A DNA stretch of 64,000 nt from an uncultured Clostridia bacterium (GCA_944377145.1 CALWEH010000003.1:55655-119654), one strand, 5' to 3'. Numbered from the stretch's first letter, positions 18,020 through 27,356 are shown. The notes: a model not told the origin generated them from the letters alone. Program-made: numbers and translations.

Positions 18020-18919
18020 TTAAATTAAAAACATTAACATTCCGCCTACAAACACTAAGCAAAATATCAAAGCATCTATTCTATCCAACATTCCACCATG
18101 CCCTGGTATAAAATTTCCAGAGTCTTTCACTCCTGCTTTTCGTTTTAACCAACTTTCAAATATATCTCCAATTTGACTTACAACTGAGCCTAAAAATCCT
18201 AGCACTATGAACCATGCAAGATTTAAATGTGTAGATGTCAAAATTACGCTTAGGCTAGACACATTTTTAATAATAAAATATGTGATTAGGCCCATTACAG
18301 CTCCACCTATTGCTCCACCTATTGCTCCGCTCCAACTTTTGTTAGGGCTAATTTTAGGGCAAAGTTTTGGTCCTCTCAAACTACTGCCAACTATATAAGC
18401 AAATGTATCGCTTAAAATTGCTATTCCCCAAATAAATACGATTAATATAAAAGAGAAGTAAGGAACTTTAATCGCCACTGCACTAAAAACTTCTATATGA
18501 TTTATAATGAAAAATACAGATAATAAAAGATTAGGATAAATCATTACTTTTAGTGAGTTTAATGTAATATTTAAAGCTTGTTCAAATTTATTTTCTTTGT
18601 TTATAATAATTTCATATATAAATATAATTAACGAGTATATCACAAATGCTAAAAGCATATATAGTAAAATTTGATACAATTCTGCTCCTGCATTAGTAGG
18701 GAAAATTATAGCTCCATATAATGCCACTATGAACATACTTGATAAAAATTTACTTACTTTTATTTCACGTTTTTCTAACAAGTTGCACATTTCAATACTT
18801 CCAACTATGCTTATAACAGCAATAAATACATCAAAAATCTCATTAACTAAAAATTTTGATGCAATAGCTAAAATTATTGCTAACATTATAAAAATGCTGG
18901 AAATTGCTCTTTTTTTCAT
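18020..18919 (-). CDS. cdsA: phosphatidate cytidylyltransferase
   Basis: 299 aa polytopic protein with the signature [31 protein letters not shown]. Confidence 0.9.
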   Translation of the reverse strand: MKKRAISSIFIMLAIILAIASKFLVNEIFDVFIAVISIVGSIEMCNLLEKREIKVSKFLSSMFIVALYGAIIFPTNAGAELYQILLYMLLAFVIYSLIIFIYEIIINKENKFEQALNITLNSLKVMIYPNLLLSVFFIINHIEVFSAVAIKVPYFSFILIVFIWGIAILSDTFAYIVGSSLRGPKLCPKISPNKSWSGAIGGAIGGAVMGLITYFIIKNVSSLSVILTSTHLNLAWFIVLGFLGSVVSQIGDIFESWLKRKAGVKDSGNFIPGHGGMLDRIDALIFCLVFVGGMLMFLI

Positions 18920-18925
18920 AAATTT

Positions 18926-19639
18926 CTACTCCTTAATAGCACCAAATCTTCTATCTCGTGAAGAATACTCTTTTATGGCTTCAATTAAATCTTTTTTACT
19001 AAAATCTGGCCATAACACTTTAGGAAAATATAACTCAGAATATGTACTTTGCCAAGGCATAAAATTGCTAAGCCTACATTCCCCACTTGTACGAATAATA
19101 AAATCTGGATCTGGACAATTTTTGCTATATAAGTTTTGAGAGATATCTTCTATAGTAACCAATGTTTTGCCCTGCTTTATCAACTTATTTACAGCTTGAA
19201 CAATATCTTCTCGTCCTCCATAATTCATACATATATTGATATGAAAATCTTTATTATTTTTAGTTCTTTCCATTATATCAAGAGCACCAGTTTTAATATC
19301 TTCTTCAAATCTATTTAAATCTCCAAAAAATTCTATTCTAGTATCTTCATATTTATTTTTATTATAAAAATCTTTAATAACTCTTCTAAACAACTTCATC
19401 AAGCCATCTACTTCTTCTTTTGGTCTATTCCAATTTTCTGTAGAAAAAGCATAAATGGATATATATTTAATACCTAACTCTCTAACCATTTTATACACTT
19501 TCTCTAATCTATTAAAGCCTTTAATGTGACCCTGACTGCGTGGCAAATTTCGTTTTTTAGCCCATCGTCCATTACCATCTATTATAAACCCAATATGTGT
19601 TGGCAGTTTATACATGGTTTTTAATTCTGCTAATTCCAA
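18926..19639 (-). CDS. uppS: undecaprenyl diphosphate synthase
   Basis: 237 aa: HIGFIIDGNGRWA, YAFSTENW.RP, RTSGE.RLSNF. Confidence 0.95.
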   Translation of the reverse strand: MELAELKTMYKLPTHIGFIIDGNGRWAKKRNLPRSQGHIKGFNRLEKVYKMVRELGIKYISIYAFSTENWNRPKEEVDGLMKLFRRVIKDFYNKNKYEDTRIEFFGDLNRFEEDIKTGALDIMERTKNNKDFHINICMNYGGREDIVQAVNKLIKQGKTLVTIEDISQNLYSKNCPDPDFIIRTSGECRLSNFMPWQSTYSELYFPKVLWPDFSKKDLIEAIKEYSSRDRRFGAIKE

Positions 19640-19640
19640 A

Positions 19641-20207
19641 TTAAACCTCCATAATTTCTGCTACTTTTTTATCGCAAAGTTGGTCAGCCTTTGCTATAAC
19701 TTCATCTAAATGCTTTTGAACAGATTTATCTAATGTATTATATTCATCTTCGCTTATTTCTGCTTCTTTTTTCATTTCTTTAAATATATCCAACACATCT
19801 CGTCTAGCATTTCTCATTGTAATTTTAAAATTCTCTAATATTTTTTTAGCATCTTTAGCATATTGAACACGGCGTTCTTCTGTTAGTTGAGGAAAATTTA
19901 TACGAATTTTTTGACCATCATCACTACAACTTACTCCTAAATTAGCTTCATCAATAGCTGACTTAATTCCTTTTATTAAGCTAGCGTCCCAAGGAGAAAC
20001 TACCAACATTCTAGCTTCTGCCACTGTTATATTAGAAGCTTGAGATAATGGCACACGTGAACCATAATATTCAACCATAATTTTTTCAACTAATTTTGGA
20101 TTGGCTCTTCCTACTCTAATTGTAGCAAATTCATCTTGCAATTTATCAAAAATCTTATCTAAATCTTGCTTATAACTCTCCATATATTCATTAACCATTT
20201 CATTCAT
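19641..20207 (-). CDS. frr: ribosome recycling factor
   Basis: 188 aa: F..IR.GRANP.L...I.V.YYG...PL.Q...I.V.....L.V.PWD. Confidence 0.95.
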   Translation of the reverse strand: MNEMVNEYMESYKQDLDKIFDKLQDEFATIRVGRANPKLVEKIMVEYYGSRVPLSQASNITVAEARMLVVSPWDASLIKGIKSAIDEANLGVSCSDDGQKIRINFPQLTEERRVQYAKDAKKILENFKITMRNARRDVLDIFKEMKKEAEISEDEYNTLDKSVQKHLDEVIAKADQLCDKKVAEIMEV

Positions 20208-20252
20208 AAAAATTCTCCTTAAATTTTTAAATTATTAATATTTACTTATAGG

Positions 20253-20281
20253 AGTATATATTAAAATTGAAAAAATAGCAA
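20253..20281 (-). promoter_or_regulatory. sigma-A-type promoter for the frr-uppS-cdsA-rseP unit
   Basis: Minus strand: TTGCTA, 17 nt spacer, TATACT, downstream of the rplS terminator. Confidence 0.45.
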
Positions 20282-20332
20282 CCAATTTAAACTATAAAAC
20301 TCCAAAAATCAAATCAAAACCCTTAAATTGTA

Positions 20333-20358
20333 TAAAAAAATGATGAGAAAACTCATCA
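20333..20358 (-). terminator. rho-independent terminator after rplS
   Basis: Minus strand: TGATGAG-TTTT-CTCATCA followed by 7 T. Confidence 0.75.
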
Positions 20359-20376
20359 AATTTTAAAATAAATTTA

Positions 20377-20724
20377 TTATTTGCTTTCTTTAACTTTAAC
20401 AGCTTTGCCTTTTCTATCACGAAGATAGTAAAGTTTAGCACGTCTTACACGACCTTTACGCACTACTTCAATCTTGTCTATACGAGGTGAATGTAGTGGG
20501 AAAGTACGCTCAACGCCAACACCGAAAGAAATACGTCTTACCGTGAAAGTTTCACGAATTCCAGAACCCTTTTTTGCAATACAAGTTCCCTCATAAGCTT
20601 GGATTCTCTCTTTATCACCCTCAACAACTTTAAAATACACTTTTAAAGTGTCGCCAATATTAAATGGAGTGATATTTGATTTCATTGATTCTTTTTCAAT
20701 TTGTTCGATAATTGGATTCATCAT
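20377..20724 (-). CDS. rplS: 50S ribosomal protein L19
   Basis: 115 aa: F..GD.L.V.FKV.EG.KERIQ.YEG.CIA....GI..TFTVR.IS.GVGVER.FPLHSP.I..IEV...[11 protein letters not shown]. Confidence 0.97.
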   Translation of the reverse strand: MMNPIIEQIEKESMKSNITPFNIGDTLKVYFKVVEGDKERIQAYEGTCIAKKGSGIRETFTVRRISFGVGVERTFPLHSPRIDKIEVVRKGRVRRAKLYYLRDRKGKAVKVKESK

Positions 20725-20779
20725 ATACCTCCTTAGAATGTTCTTGTAATTGGATACAGCGGACCATTCAAACTAATTA

Positions 20780-20808
20780 ATTATATCACACAAAAACAAT
20801 TTAAGCAA
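20780..20808 (-). promoter_or_regulatory. sigma-A-type promoter for rplS
   Basis: Minus strand: TTGCTT, 17 nt spacer, TGaTATAAT, giving a 5' UTR of about 50 nt. Confidence 0.6.
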
Positions 20809-20843
20809 GAGTTTTTATTAAATTTCTTTTACTAAATTTATTA

Positions 20844-21503
20844 CTAGCGCAAGTTTTGTTTAATAGGCTGAAATTCGTCCATTTTTCTTACTACACTTAA
20901 AGCTTTAACTAATCTTGCTTGAGCCACTTTTTCATTCAAACCATATTTAGACGCAATCTCTTTTAATTTAAGAGCTCTCCTCTCTTGATTTATTCCATAA
21001 TAATCTTTTATCATATTAATTTTCATTTCATCTAAATTATATTTAATAGCTTTATCTGGATTAGCTTTCAAATCATTTAAGAAATTAATAGTAAATAATA
21101 GCGATTGTGAAGCAAATTCTTCATTTGCTACGCTTTTTTCAATATCTGTAAATTCCATCTCATTTTGATAAGACTGTAATAATAATTTGCTTTTAAACTC
21201 ATCAGCATTAGAATCTTTCTTAGTCAATTCTTCACAATCAATATCCATTAAATATTTAAGTCTAGATTCAAACCAGCTAGGATTAAGAATATTGTTTACA
21301 ACTTTATCATATAAGAATGAAAAGTTTTCATTAAAAATATCTTTTACATCATCTTTATTTAGTCTGTATTTTTGAGCAAATTCATCTATATATGGCAAAT
21401 AATTATTATATATTTTATCTCCTAAATAATCATTGCTAGTTGCTTTAATAGACGCAAAAATCTCCTCTAGTTCATTAGAGGTTAAAAACTGTACTTCTTT
21501 CAT
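20844..21503 (-). CDS. divergent sigma-70-family-like protein (region-2-like N-terminus, region-4-like HTH C-terminus)
   Basis: 219 aa. YLPYIDEFAQKYRLNKDDVKDIFNENFSFLYDKV resembles sigma region 2.1-2.2. The C-terminal INMIKDYYGINQERRALKLKEIASKYGLNEKVAQARLVKALSVVRK resembles region 4.2. The similarity is weak and was recognised by eye. Confidence 0.45.
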   Translation of the reverse strand: MKEVQFLTSNELEEIFASIKATSNDYLGDKIYNNYLPYIDEFAQKYRLNKDDVKDIFNENFSFLYDKVVNNILNPSWFESRLKYLMDIDCEELTKKDSNADEFKSKLLLQSYQNEMEFTDIEKSVANEEFASQSLLFTINFLNDLKANPDKAIKYNLDEMKINMIKDYYGINQERRALKLKEIASKYGLNEKVAQARLVKALSVVRKMDEFQPIKQNLR

Positions 21504-21536
21504 AACATTTCTCCTAAAAAATAAATTGTTAATTGC

Positions 21537-21565
21537 ATTATATCTTAAAAATCAATTTTTGTCAA
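21537..21565 (-). promoter_or_regulatory. perfect consensus sigma-A promoter for the sigma-like gene
   Basis: Minus strand: TTGACA, 17 nt spacer, TATAAT. A 9-bp inverted repeat (TTTGTCAAT...ATTGACAAA) overlaps and precedes the -35 element. Confidence 0.7.
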
Positions 21566-21646
21566 TGCTTAAAATAAAAAAAATTGACAAAATTCGTCAA
21601 AATTTAACATAAATATAAAAATCGCTTAAAATAAAAAATTTATTTT

Positions 21647-21994
21647 TTAAAAAGCATTAACAATATGCCTTATATCATCATCTAAAATTTCTACAACATC
21701 ATATCTATAATTTTTATCAAGCCACCCTTTTAATTTTAAATACACTTGTGATGTTATATGTATTTTACGCATTTTATCTTCAGTTACAGCTTCAACAGGG
21801 CGACCAAACAAACAAGTTGCCCTATATTTAACTTCTACAAATACAATATATTTAGTTTGTTTATCATACGCAATTATGTCAATCTCCCCTGCTGGACAAT
21901 TAAAATTTCTAGTAAGTATTTTATATTTTTCTTTTTTTAAATAATAAATTGCCATATTTTCATATTTTTCACCCAATATTTTTGTATTTAACAT
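21647..21994 (-). CDS. yraN: YraN family (UPF0102) endonuclease-like protein
   Basis: GE..A..YL...Y.IL.RN.....GEIDIIA......VFVEVKYR. Start placed at ATG 21994, which has GGAG 7 nt upstream; the track ORF is 12 codons longer. Confidence 0.85.
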   Translation of the reverse strand: MLNTKILGEKYENMAIYYLKKEKYKILTRNFNCPAGEIDIIAYDKQTKYIVFVEVKYRATCLFGRPVEAVTEDKMRKIHITSQVYLKLKGWLDKNYRYDVVEILDDDIRHIVNAF

Positions 21995-22230
21995 TTTACA
22001 TCTCCATTTTTCATCAAATAAAACAAGCATCTATTCGCAAAACATAAAAATATTTCTCAATTATATTATATCACCATTATATCATTGAAAATATATTATT
22101 TTCCTTGTATATGCCATTATTTTAAATTAATTTAATACTTAAATTTTATTTTAAAGATATTTTTTACAATATTTTTTAATTTTTTCAATATTTTTGTAGA
22201 TATTAAAAATAAAAATTTTTTATATCAAAA

Positions 22231-22836
22231 TTAACTTACAAAATGAGTTATAAAACTATCTCTATGAATAGGACATTTTCCAAATTGTTTTAAAGCTTCA
22301 ATATGTTTTTTAGTGCCATATCCTTTATTATTTTCAAAATCATACATTGGATAAGATTTTGCATACTCATTCATCAATCTATCTCTAAAAACTTTTGCTA
22401 AAATTGATGCACAAGCAATAGCATAACTTGTACTATCCCCTCTTATTATTGAAATCGTATCACAAGGAACATCTAATTTTACTGCATCTACTAATAGTAA
22501 ATCTGGTTTTATACTAAGAGTAGTATATGAATTTAGCATTGATTTTTTTGTAGCTTGCAAAATGTTGATTTCATCAATAATTTTTTCATTTTCCAATGTT
22601 ATAGAATAAGAAATAGCCTTTGATAAAATTAAATCATATAATTTTTCTCTCTTTTTAGCTGTAATATGTTTACTATCATATACCCCCTCTATCATTTCAT
22701 CATAAGGCATAATAACACAAGCTGTAACTACAGGTCCTGCTAAAGGCCCTCTACCAACCTCATCTATTCCAGCAATCAAATTATATTTTTTATGTAAATT
22801 TAAATCATAATCAAATAAAGGTTTTGTATATATCAT
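22231..22836 (-). CDS. rnhB: ribonuclease HII
   Basis: 201 aa: IAGIDEVGRGPLAGPVV.A, DSK.....KRE.L, ASI.AKV.RD. Confidence 0.93.
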   Translation of the reverse strand: MIYTKPLFDYDLNLHKKYNLIAGIDEVGRGPLAGPVVTACVIMPYDEMIEGVYDSKHITAKKREKLYDLILSKAISYSITLENEKIIDEINILQATKKSMLNSYTTLSIKPDLLLVDAVKLDVPCDTISIIRGDSTSYAIACASILAKVFRDRLMNEYAKSYPMYDFENNKGYGTKKHIEALKQFGKCPIHRDSFITHFVS

Positions 22837-22839
22837 TTT

Positions 22840-23715
22840 TTATCCTTTTAATAAATCATTAGGCAAAGTGAAAGTTATTTTTCCTAAGCTTCCTTTTCTA
22901 AAATCATTAAGAATTAGTTTTGCTACACGCTCATAATCTATTTCATTTCCTTTTAATATGCAACCTCGCTTTTTAGCAACTAACTCTAATATTGATAAAC
23001 AATGTTGAGGATTATTTACATCAAATTTTAAATTAGCATCTAATTTGTAATATTCTACAAAATTCGACTTTATATTTAATAATGTAACAGCCAATTTCCC
23101 TGCAATTTCTACAATATTTAATATATCATCTTTAATACTTCCAATATATGCTAATTGATATGCAAGATTTTCATCATCAAAGCTTGGCCATAATGTTCCA
23201 GGAGTGTCCATTATTTGTAGTGTTGGACTTATATTAACCCATTGTATGTTTTTTGTAACACCAGCCTTATCTCCTGTTAAAGCTCTAGCCTTACCGCAAA
23301 GATTATTTACAATAGTTGATTTGCCTGAATTTGGCACACCTAATACCATTGCTCTAAATACAAATGTTACTTGTTTGCTTATATTTGCTTCAATTTGATT
23401 TTTTAATAAATCCATTATAGCATTTACAATTACTTTACATGATTTACTAATAGTTGCATTTGTAACTACACATCTGCTATTTGGTAAAGAATTAAAATAT
23501 ATTTTCCATTTTGTAGTAGATGCATCGTCAGCTTTATCGCTTTTATTTAACACATACACTATAGGTTTATTTCCAATAACTTTTACAAATTCAGGATTTA
23601 AACAAGCTTGAGGACTTCTCGCATCTAACACATATATAAAACAATTACAAAGTTTGTTCAAACTCTGCATTTCTTTTAAAGTTTTATTCATGTGCCCTGG
23701 AAACCAATTAATCAT
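22840..23715 (-). CDS. rbgA: ribosome biogenesis GTPase A (YlqF)
   Basis: 291 aa circularly permuted GTPase: WFPGHM, LDAR.P, NKSD, G.PN.GKST..N. Confidence 0.92.
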   Translation of the reverse strand: MINWFPGHMNKTLKEMQSLNKLCNCFIYVLDARSPQACLNPEFVKVIGNKPIVYVLNKSDKADDASTTKWKIYFNSLPNSRCVVTNATISKSCKVIVNAIMDLLKNQIEANISKQVTFVFRAMVLGVPNSGKSTIVNNLCGKARALTGDKAGVTKNIQWVNISPTLQIMDTPGTLWPSFDDENLAYQLAYIGSIKDDILNIVEIAGKLAVTLLNIKSNFVEYYKLDANLKFDVNNPQHCLSILELVAKKRGCILKGNEIDYERVAKLILNDFRKGSLGKITFTLPNDLLKG

Positions 23716-23820
23716 ATTTAACTCCTTTCAATAAAAGGTTTACATATTTTATCTATAAAATTCATTTATTTACAAAAATATATTTAATTTAGAATAACAC
23801 ATCAAAAAAAAATTGTCAAT

Positions 23821-23850
23821 TAAAAAAAATTAAGCTATTATATGCTTAAT
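23821..23850 (-). terminator. rho-independent terminator after trmD
   Basis: Minus strand: ATTAAGC-ATATAATA-GCTTAAT followed by 8 T. A TTGACA hexamer follows it. Confidence 0.65.
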
Positions 23851-23861
23851 TTTGTAATATT

Positions 23862-24530
23862 TTATTTATTTTTTAATAAGTCTGGGCGATTTTTTTTAGT
23901 GTTTTCCAATGAATTTTGTTCTCGCCATTTTTCAATATTAGCATGATGCCCTGAAATTAATATTTCTGGAACTTTTAAACCTTTAAATTCTAATGGTCTA
24001 GTATATTGATCATACTCCAATAAATTATTTGAAAAACTTTCATTTTCTAAGCTTTCATTTGTAATTACATTAGGAATCAATCTTGCAACAGCATCTATTA
24101 CAGCCATGGCAGGAATTTCTCCACCAGTTAGCACATAATCTCCTATTGACAATTCTTCAATGTGAAAATAATCTATAACCCTCTGATCAATTCCTTCATA
24201 ATGCCCACATAATAAAATAATATGCTCTAAACTTGATAAAGTTTTAGCTATATTTTGATTAAAAACTTTACCTCTTGGGGACATATAATATATTTTAGCA
24301 TTATCATCTAAAATACTTTCAATAGCTTTAAATAAAGGTTCGCATAGCATAACCATTCCAGCCCCTCCACCATAAGGTTCATCGTCACATTTATAATGTG
24401 GAGGAGATGCAAAATCTCTAATATTTACTAAATTTATTGAAATTAAATTTTCCTCTTGAGCACGTTTTAATATACTATAATTCAAACTTTCAAACATCTC
24501 TGGAAATAAAGTTAGAACATCTATTCTCAT
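23862..24530 (-). CDS. trmD: tRNA (guanine37-N1)-methyltransferase
   Basis: 222 aa: MRIDVLTLFPEMF, DD.PYGGG.GMV, S.GDYVLTGGE. Confidence 0.95.
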   Translation of the reverse strand: MRIDVLTLFPEMFESLNYSILKRAQEENLISINLVNIRDFASPPHYKCDDEPYGGGAGMVMLCEPLFKAIESILDDNAKIYYMSPRGKVFNQNIAKTLSSLEHIILLCGHYEGIDQRVIDYFHIEELSIGDYVLTGGEIPAMAVIDAVARLIPNVITNESLENESFSNNLLEYDQYTRPLEFKGLKVPEILISGHHANIEKWREQNSLENTKKNRPDLLKNK

Positions 24531-25021
24531 ACTCTAATCTCCAAAAATCTATTATAATCAATAATAAATTCTTTTTTATTTTTATCAAATTGTAGAGTAT
24601 CTGGTATATAAGGTACCATATATGTAGTGCCGTTACAATTAATTGATATAATATCTGCACTACCATAATTTTCTACATTTACTACAATACCAATTAATTT
24701 CCCATCTTTTGATTTTACTTCCACTCCAATATAGTCGCTAGGGAGAATAATATCTTTAAATATAACATACTCCTCTCTATTAATATATATTGGTTGGTTT
24801 CTAAATTTTTCAGCCTCATCACATGAAGGAATTGTATCTAACATTATAGAATAAAATCCATTTAATTTTGTTATTTTTGTAATTTGACTTGGAATTTTAT
24901 TTTTCCCTAAATACACTTTTTTAAAAATAGAAAAAGGAATGTCAGGTAAATTTACCGACACCTTTACTCCTCCTTTCACTCCATGAGGGCGTAATATTTT
25001 TGCTATTTGAATTAGTTCCAT
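24527..25021 (-). CDS. rimM: 16S rRNA processing protein RimM
   Basis: I.IAKI.RPHGVKG.VKV. Start placed at ATG 25021 after AGGAG; the longer track ORF starts at a TTG inside khpA. Confidence 0.85.
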   Translation of the reverse strand: MELIQIAKILRPHGVKGGVKVSVNLPDIPFSIFKKVYLGKNKIPSQITKITKLNGFYSIMLDTIPSCDEAEKFRNQPIYINREEYVIFKDIILPSDYIGVEVKSKDGKLIGIVVNVENYGSADIISINCNGTTYMVPYIPDTLQFDKNKKEFIIDYNRFLEIRV

Positions 25022-25028
25022 CTTACTC

Positions 25029-25256
25029 CTATATAGTATCAAACTTAATTCTAACTCTTTGACGAGGGTTTACAGACTTTGCTATAGTGCGAATAGATTG
25101 TGCAACATTTCCGCCTTTTCCTACCACATGTCCAATGTCATTAGAAGATACTTTTACTGTATATAAAGTACAATTATCTTCTTTTGACATTTGAATATTT
25201 ACAGCATCTTTATCCTCAACTATAGATTTAACTAAAAATTCAATTAATTCTTGCAT
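25029..25256 (-). CDS. khpA: KH-domain RNA-binding protein (YlqC/KhpA)
   Basis: 75 aa: L.EFLVK.IV.D.D.V.I.......V......D.G.V.GKGG..A.SIRT. Sits in the slot between rpsP and rimM. Confidence 0.85.
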   Translation of the reverse strand: MQELIEFLVKSIVEDKDAVNIQMSKEDNCTLYTVKVSSNDIGHVVGKGGNVAQSIRTIAKSVNPRQRVRIKFDTI

Positions 25257-25259
25257 ATA

Positions 25260-25556
25260 TTAAGCCTTTTTATTTTTTTTATTATTTGTTTTAGCCACAC
25301 TATTACCTTTAACTTCAATTACACCAGCAGTTTGCAAAATGCTTTTTGCAGTTTCTGTAGGTTGAGCACCATTAGCCAACCATTTTTTTGCTAAATCTGC
25401 ATTGATTTTAATTTCAGCAGGATTTTTTAGTGGGTCGTAAGTACCAATTTGCTCAATAAATTTTCCATCACGAGCTACTCTTGAATCAGCAACAACTACT
25501 CTATAGAAAGGAGATTTCTTGTCGCCCAATCTTGTTAATCTAATTCTTACAGCCAT
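25260..25556 (-). CDS. rpsP: 30S ribosomal protein S16
   Basis: [36 protein letters not shown]. Start at ATG 25556 after GGAGGAAATT; the track ORF reads the RBS as MEEI. Confidence 0.95.
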   Translation of the reverse strand: MAVRIRLTRLGDKKSPFYRVVVADSRVARDGKFIEQIGTYDPLKNPAEIKINADLAKKWLANGAQPTETAKSILQTAGVIEVKGNSVAKTNNKKNKKA

Positions 25557-25606
25557 AATTTCCTCCATTTTTAATATTTATATAAAATTGCATTGCAATA
25601 TTATAT

Positions 25607-26944
25607 CTATTTCATCATTTTCATAAGCGCACTTATTCCTCCACGCTTATTATTTTTAAGTTGTTTCATCATTTCTTTTGATTGATTAAATTGTCTTATT
25701 AACTGATTTACATCACTAACTTGAACTCCAGCACCCTTTGCTATTCTCATGCGTCTTGAGCCATTAATTATATCAGGATTTTCACGCTCTTTTTCTGTCA
25801 TAGATTGAATTATCGCTTTATTTTTAATCATTAATTTCTCGTCCATTGCATTTTCTAATTGTTGCAATTTGCCAGACATTCCAGGCAACATTGATATTAC
25901 TGATTTCAATCCACCCATTTTATTTAAATTGTCCATTTGAGAAATATAATCATTAAATGTAAAAGAATTTTCTCTAAACTTTTTTTCCATTTCTTTTACT
26001 TGAGCTTCATCAACTGCTTCTTGAGCTTTATCTATAAGAGTTAGTATATCTCCCATTCCTAAAATTCTTGAAGCCATACGATCAGGATAGAAAGGTTCTA
26101 AATCAGTTAGTTTTTCACCTACACTACAAAATTTAATAGGTTTACCTATAACTGATCTAACGCTTAATGCTACACCACCACGAGTATCACCATCTAATTT
26201 TGTTAGTACAACTCCTGTTACATCTAAAGCATCATTAAATGCAGTAGACACATTTACCGCTTCTTGACCAATCATTGAATCTATTACTAATAAAATTTCA
26301 GTAGGATTTAATTCTTTCTTTAATTGCTTTAGTTCGTCCATTAACTTTTCATCTATTTGCAAGCGACCAGCTGTATCAATAATAACAGTATCTAGCATAA
26401 ATTTTTCAGCATATTTAATAGCTTCTTTACTTGTTTTTATAGGATTATCTAATCCTCTTTCAAATACATCTACTTGAATAGACTTCCCTAAAACTTTTAA
26501 TTGTTCTATTGCAGCTGGACGATACACATCACAAGCTACAAGCAATGGCTTTTTACCTTGTTTTTTTAAAGATAGTGCCAATTTTCCGCTAAATGTAGTT
26601 TTTCCGCTTCCCTGAAGGCCACACATCATGATTATTGTTGGAGGTTTAGAAGCTACTTCTAGCTTTACATTTTCCCCTCCCATTAAAGATGTAAGTTCAT
26701 CTCTAACAATTTTAATCACTTGCTGAGCAGGAGTTAAGCTTTTAAGAATCTCTTCCCCAACAGCTTTTTCACTAACTGAAGCTATAAATTTTTTTACCAC
26801 AGTAAAGTTAACATCTGCTTCTAAAAGTGCTACACGCACTTCACGCATAGCTTCTTTAATTTCAAGCTCTGTTAGTTTTCCACGCTTAGTAAGTTTGCTA
26901 AATATATGGTTTAATCTTTCGCCTAATCCTTGAAATAACGCCAT
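25607..26944 (-). CDS. ffh: signal recognition particle protein Ffh
   Basis: 445 aa with N/G domains (GLQGSGKTT, DTAGR, TKLDGD.RGG) and a Met-rich M domain. Confidence 0.97.
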   Translation of the reverse strand: MALFQGLGERLNHIFSKLTKRGKLTELEIKEAMREVRVALLEADVNFTVVKKFIASVSEKAVGEEILKSLTPAQQVIKIVRDELTSLMGGENVKLEVASKPPTIIMMCGLQGSGKTTFSGKLALSLKKQGKKPLLVACDVYRPAAIEQLKVLGKSIQVDVFERGLDNPIKTSKEAIKYAEKFMLDTVIIDTAGRLQIDEKLMDELKQLKKELNPTEILLVIDSMIGQEAVNVSTAFNDALDVTGVVLTKLDGDTRGGVALSVRSVIGKPIKFCSVGEKLTDLEPFYPDRMASRILGMGDILTLIDKAQEAVDEAQVKEMEKKFRENSFTFNDYISQMDNLNKMGGLKSVISMLPGMSGKLQQLENAMDEKLMIKNKAIIQSMTEKERENPDIINGSRRMRIAKGAGVQVSDVNQLIRQFNQSKEMMKQLKNNKRGGISALMKMMK

Positions 26945-27252
26945 TATAGTTCCTCCAAAATATTTGAAATTTCTTTAGTTGTAGGTTCTAATCGAATCTT
27001 TTCCAACTTATGCTTTATTTTTTGCAATTTTTCTACAAAATGAAGAGTATTTTCATATTTATTTAAACTATTAACAGCATTATCTAAAGCATATTTTACC
27101 GCTTGTCTAGATATATTGAGCATGTTAGCCACTTCAGCATAACTAAGATTTTTATTTATATACATGTCAAATATCTGTTGCTGTTTTTCGCTAAGTAATG
27201 CACCATAATTATCAAACAATTCAATAATTTCTAGCCTTTTGACTAAATCCAT
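26944..27252 (-). CDS. ylxM: UPF0122 HTH protein YlxM
   Basis: 102 aa: LFD.YG.LL...Q......Y....LS..E.A....ISRQAV. Sits directly upstream of ffh. Confidence 0.85.
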   Translation of the reverse strand: MDLVKRLEIIELFDNYGALLSEKQQQIFDMYINKNLSYAEVANMLNISRQAVKYALDNAVNSLNKYENTLHFVEKLQKIKHKLEKIRLEPTTKEISNILEEL

Positions 27253-27265
27253 TATACTCCTTTTA

Positions 27266-27304
27266 TTAAGTAATTGCTTTTACATGTAAAGTAAAATTAC
27301 TTAA
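27266..27304. repeat. nested inverted repeat between ftsY and ylxM
   Basis: TTAAGTAATT...AATTACTTAA (10-bp arms, 19-bp spacer) encloses the perfect 12-bp palindrome TTTACATGTAAA, 13 nt upstream of the ylxM ATG. Confidence 0.6.
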
Positions 27305-27356
27305 CATTTAAATTTTATCATATAAATACTATAGTGTCAATAGTTTTTAATAATTT

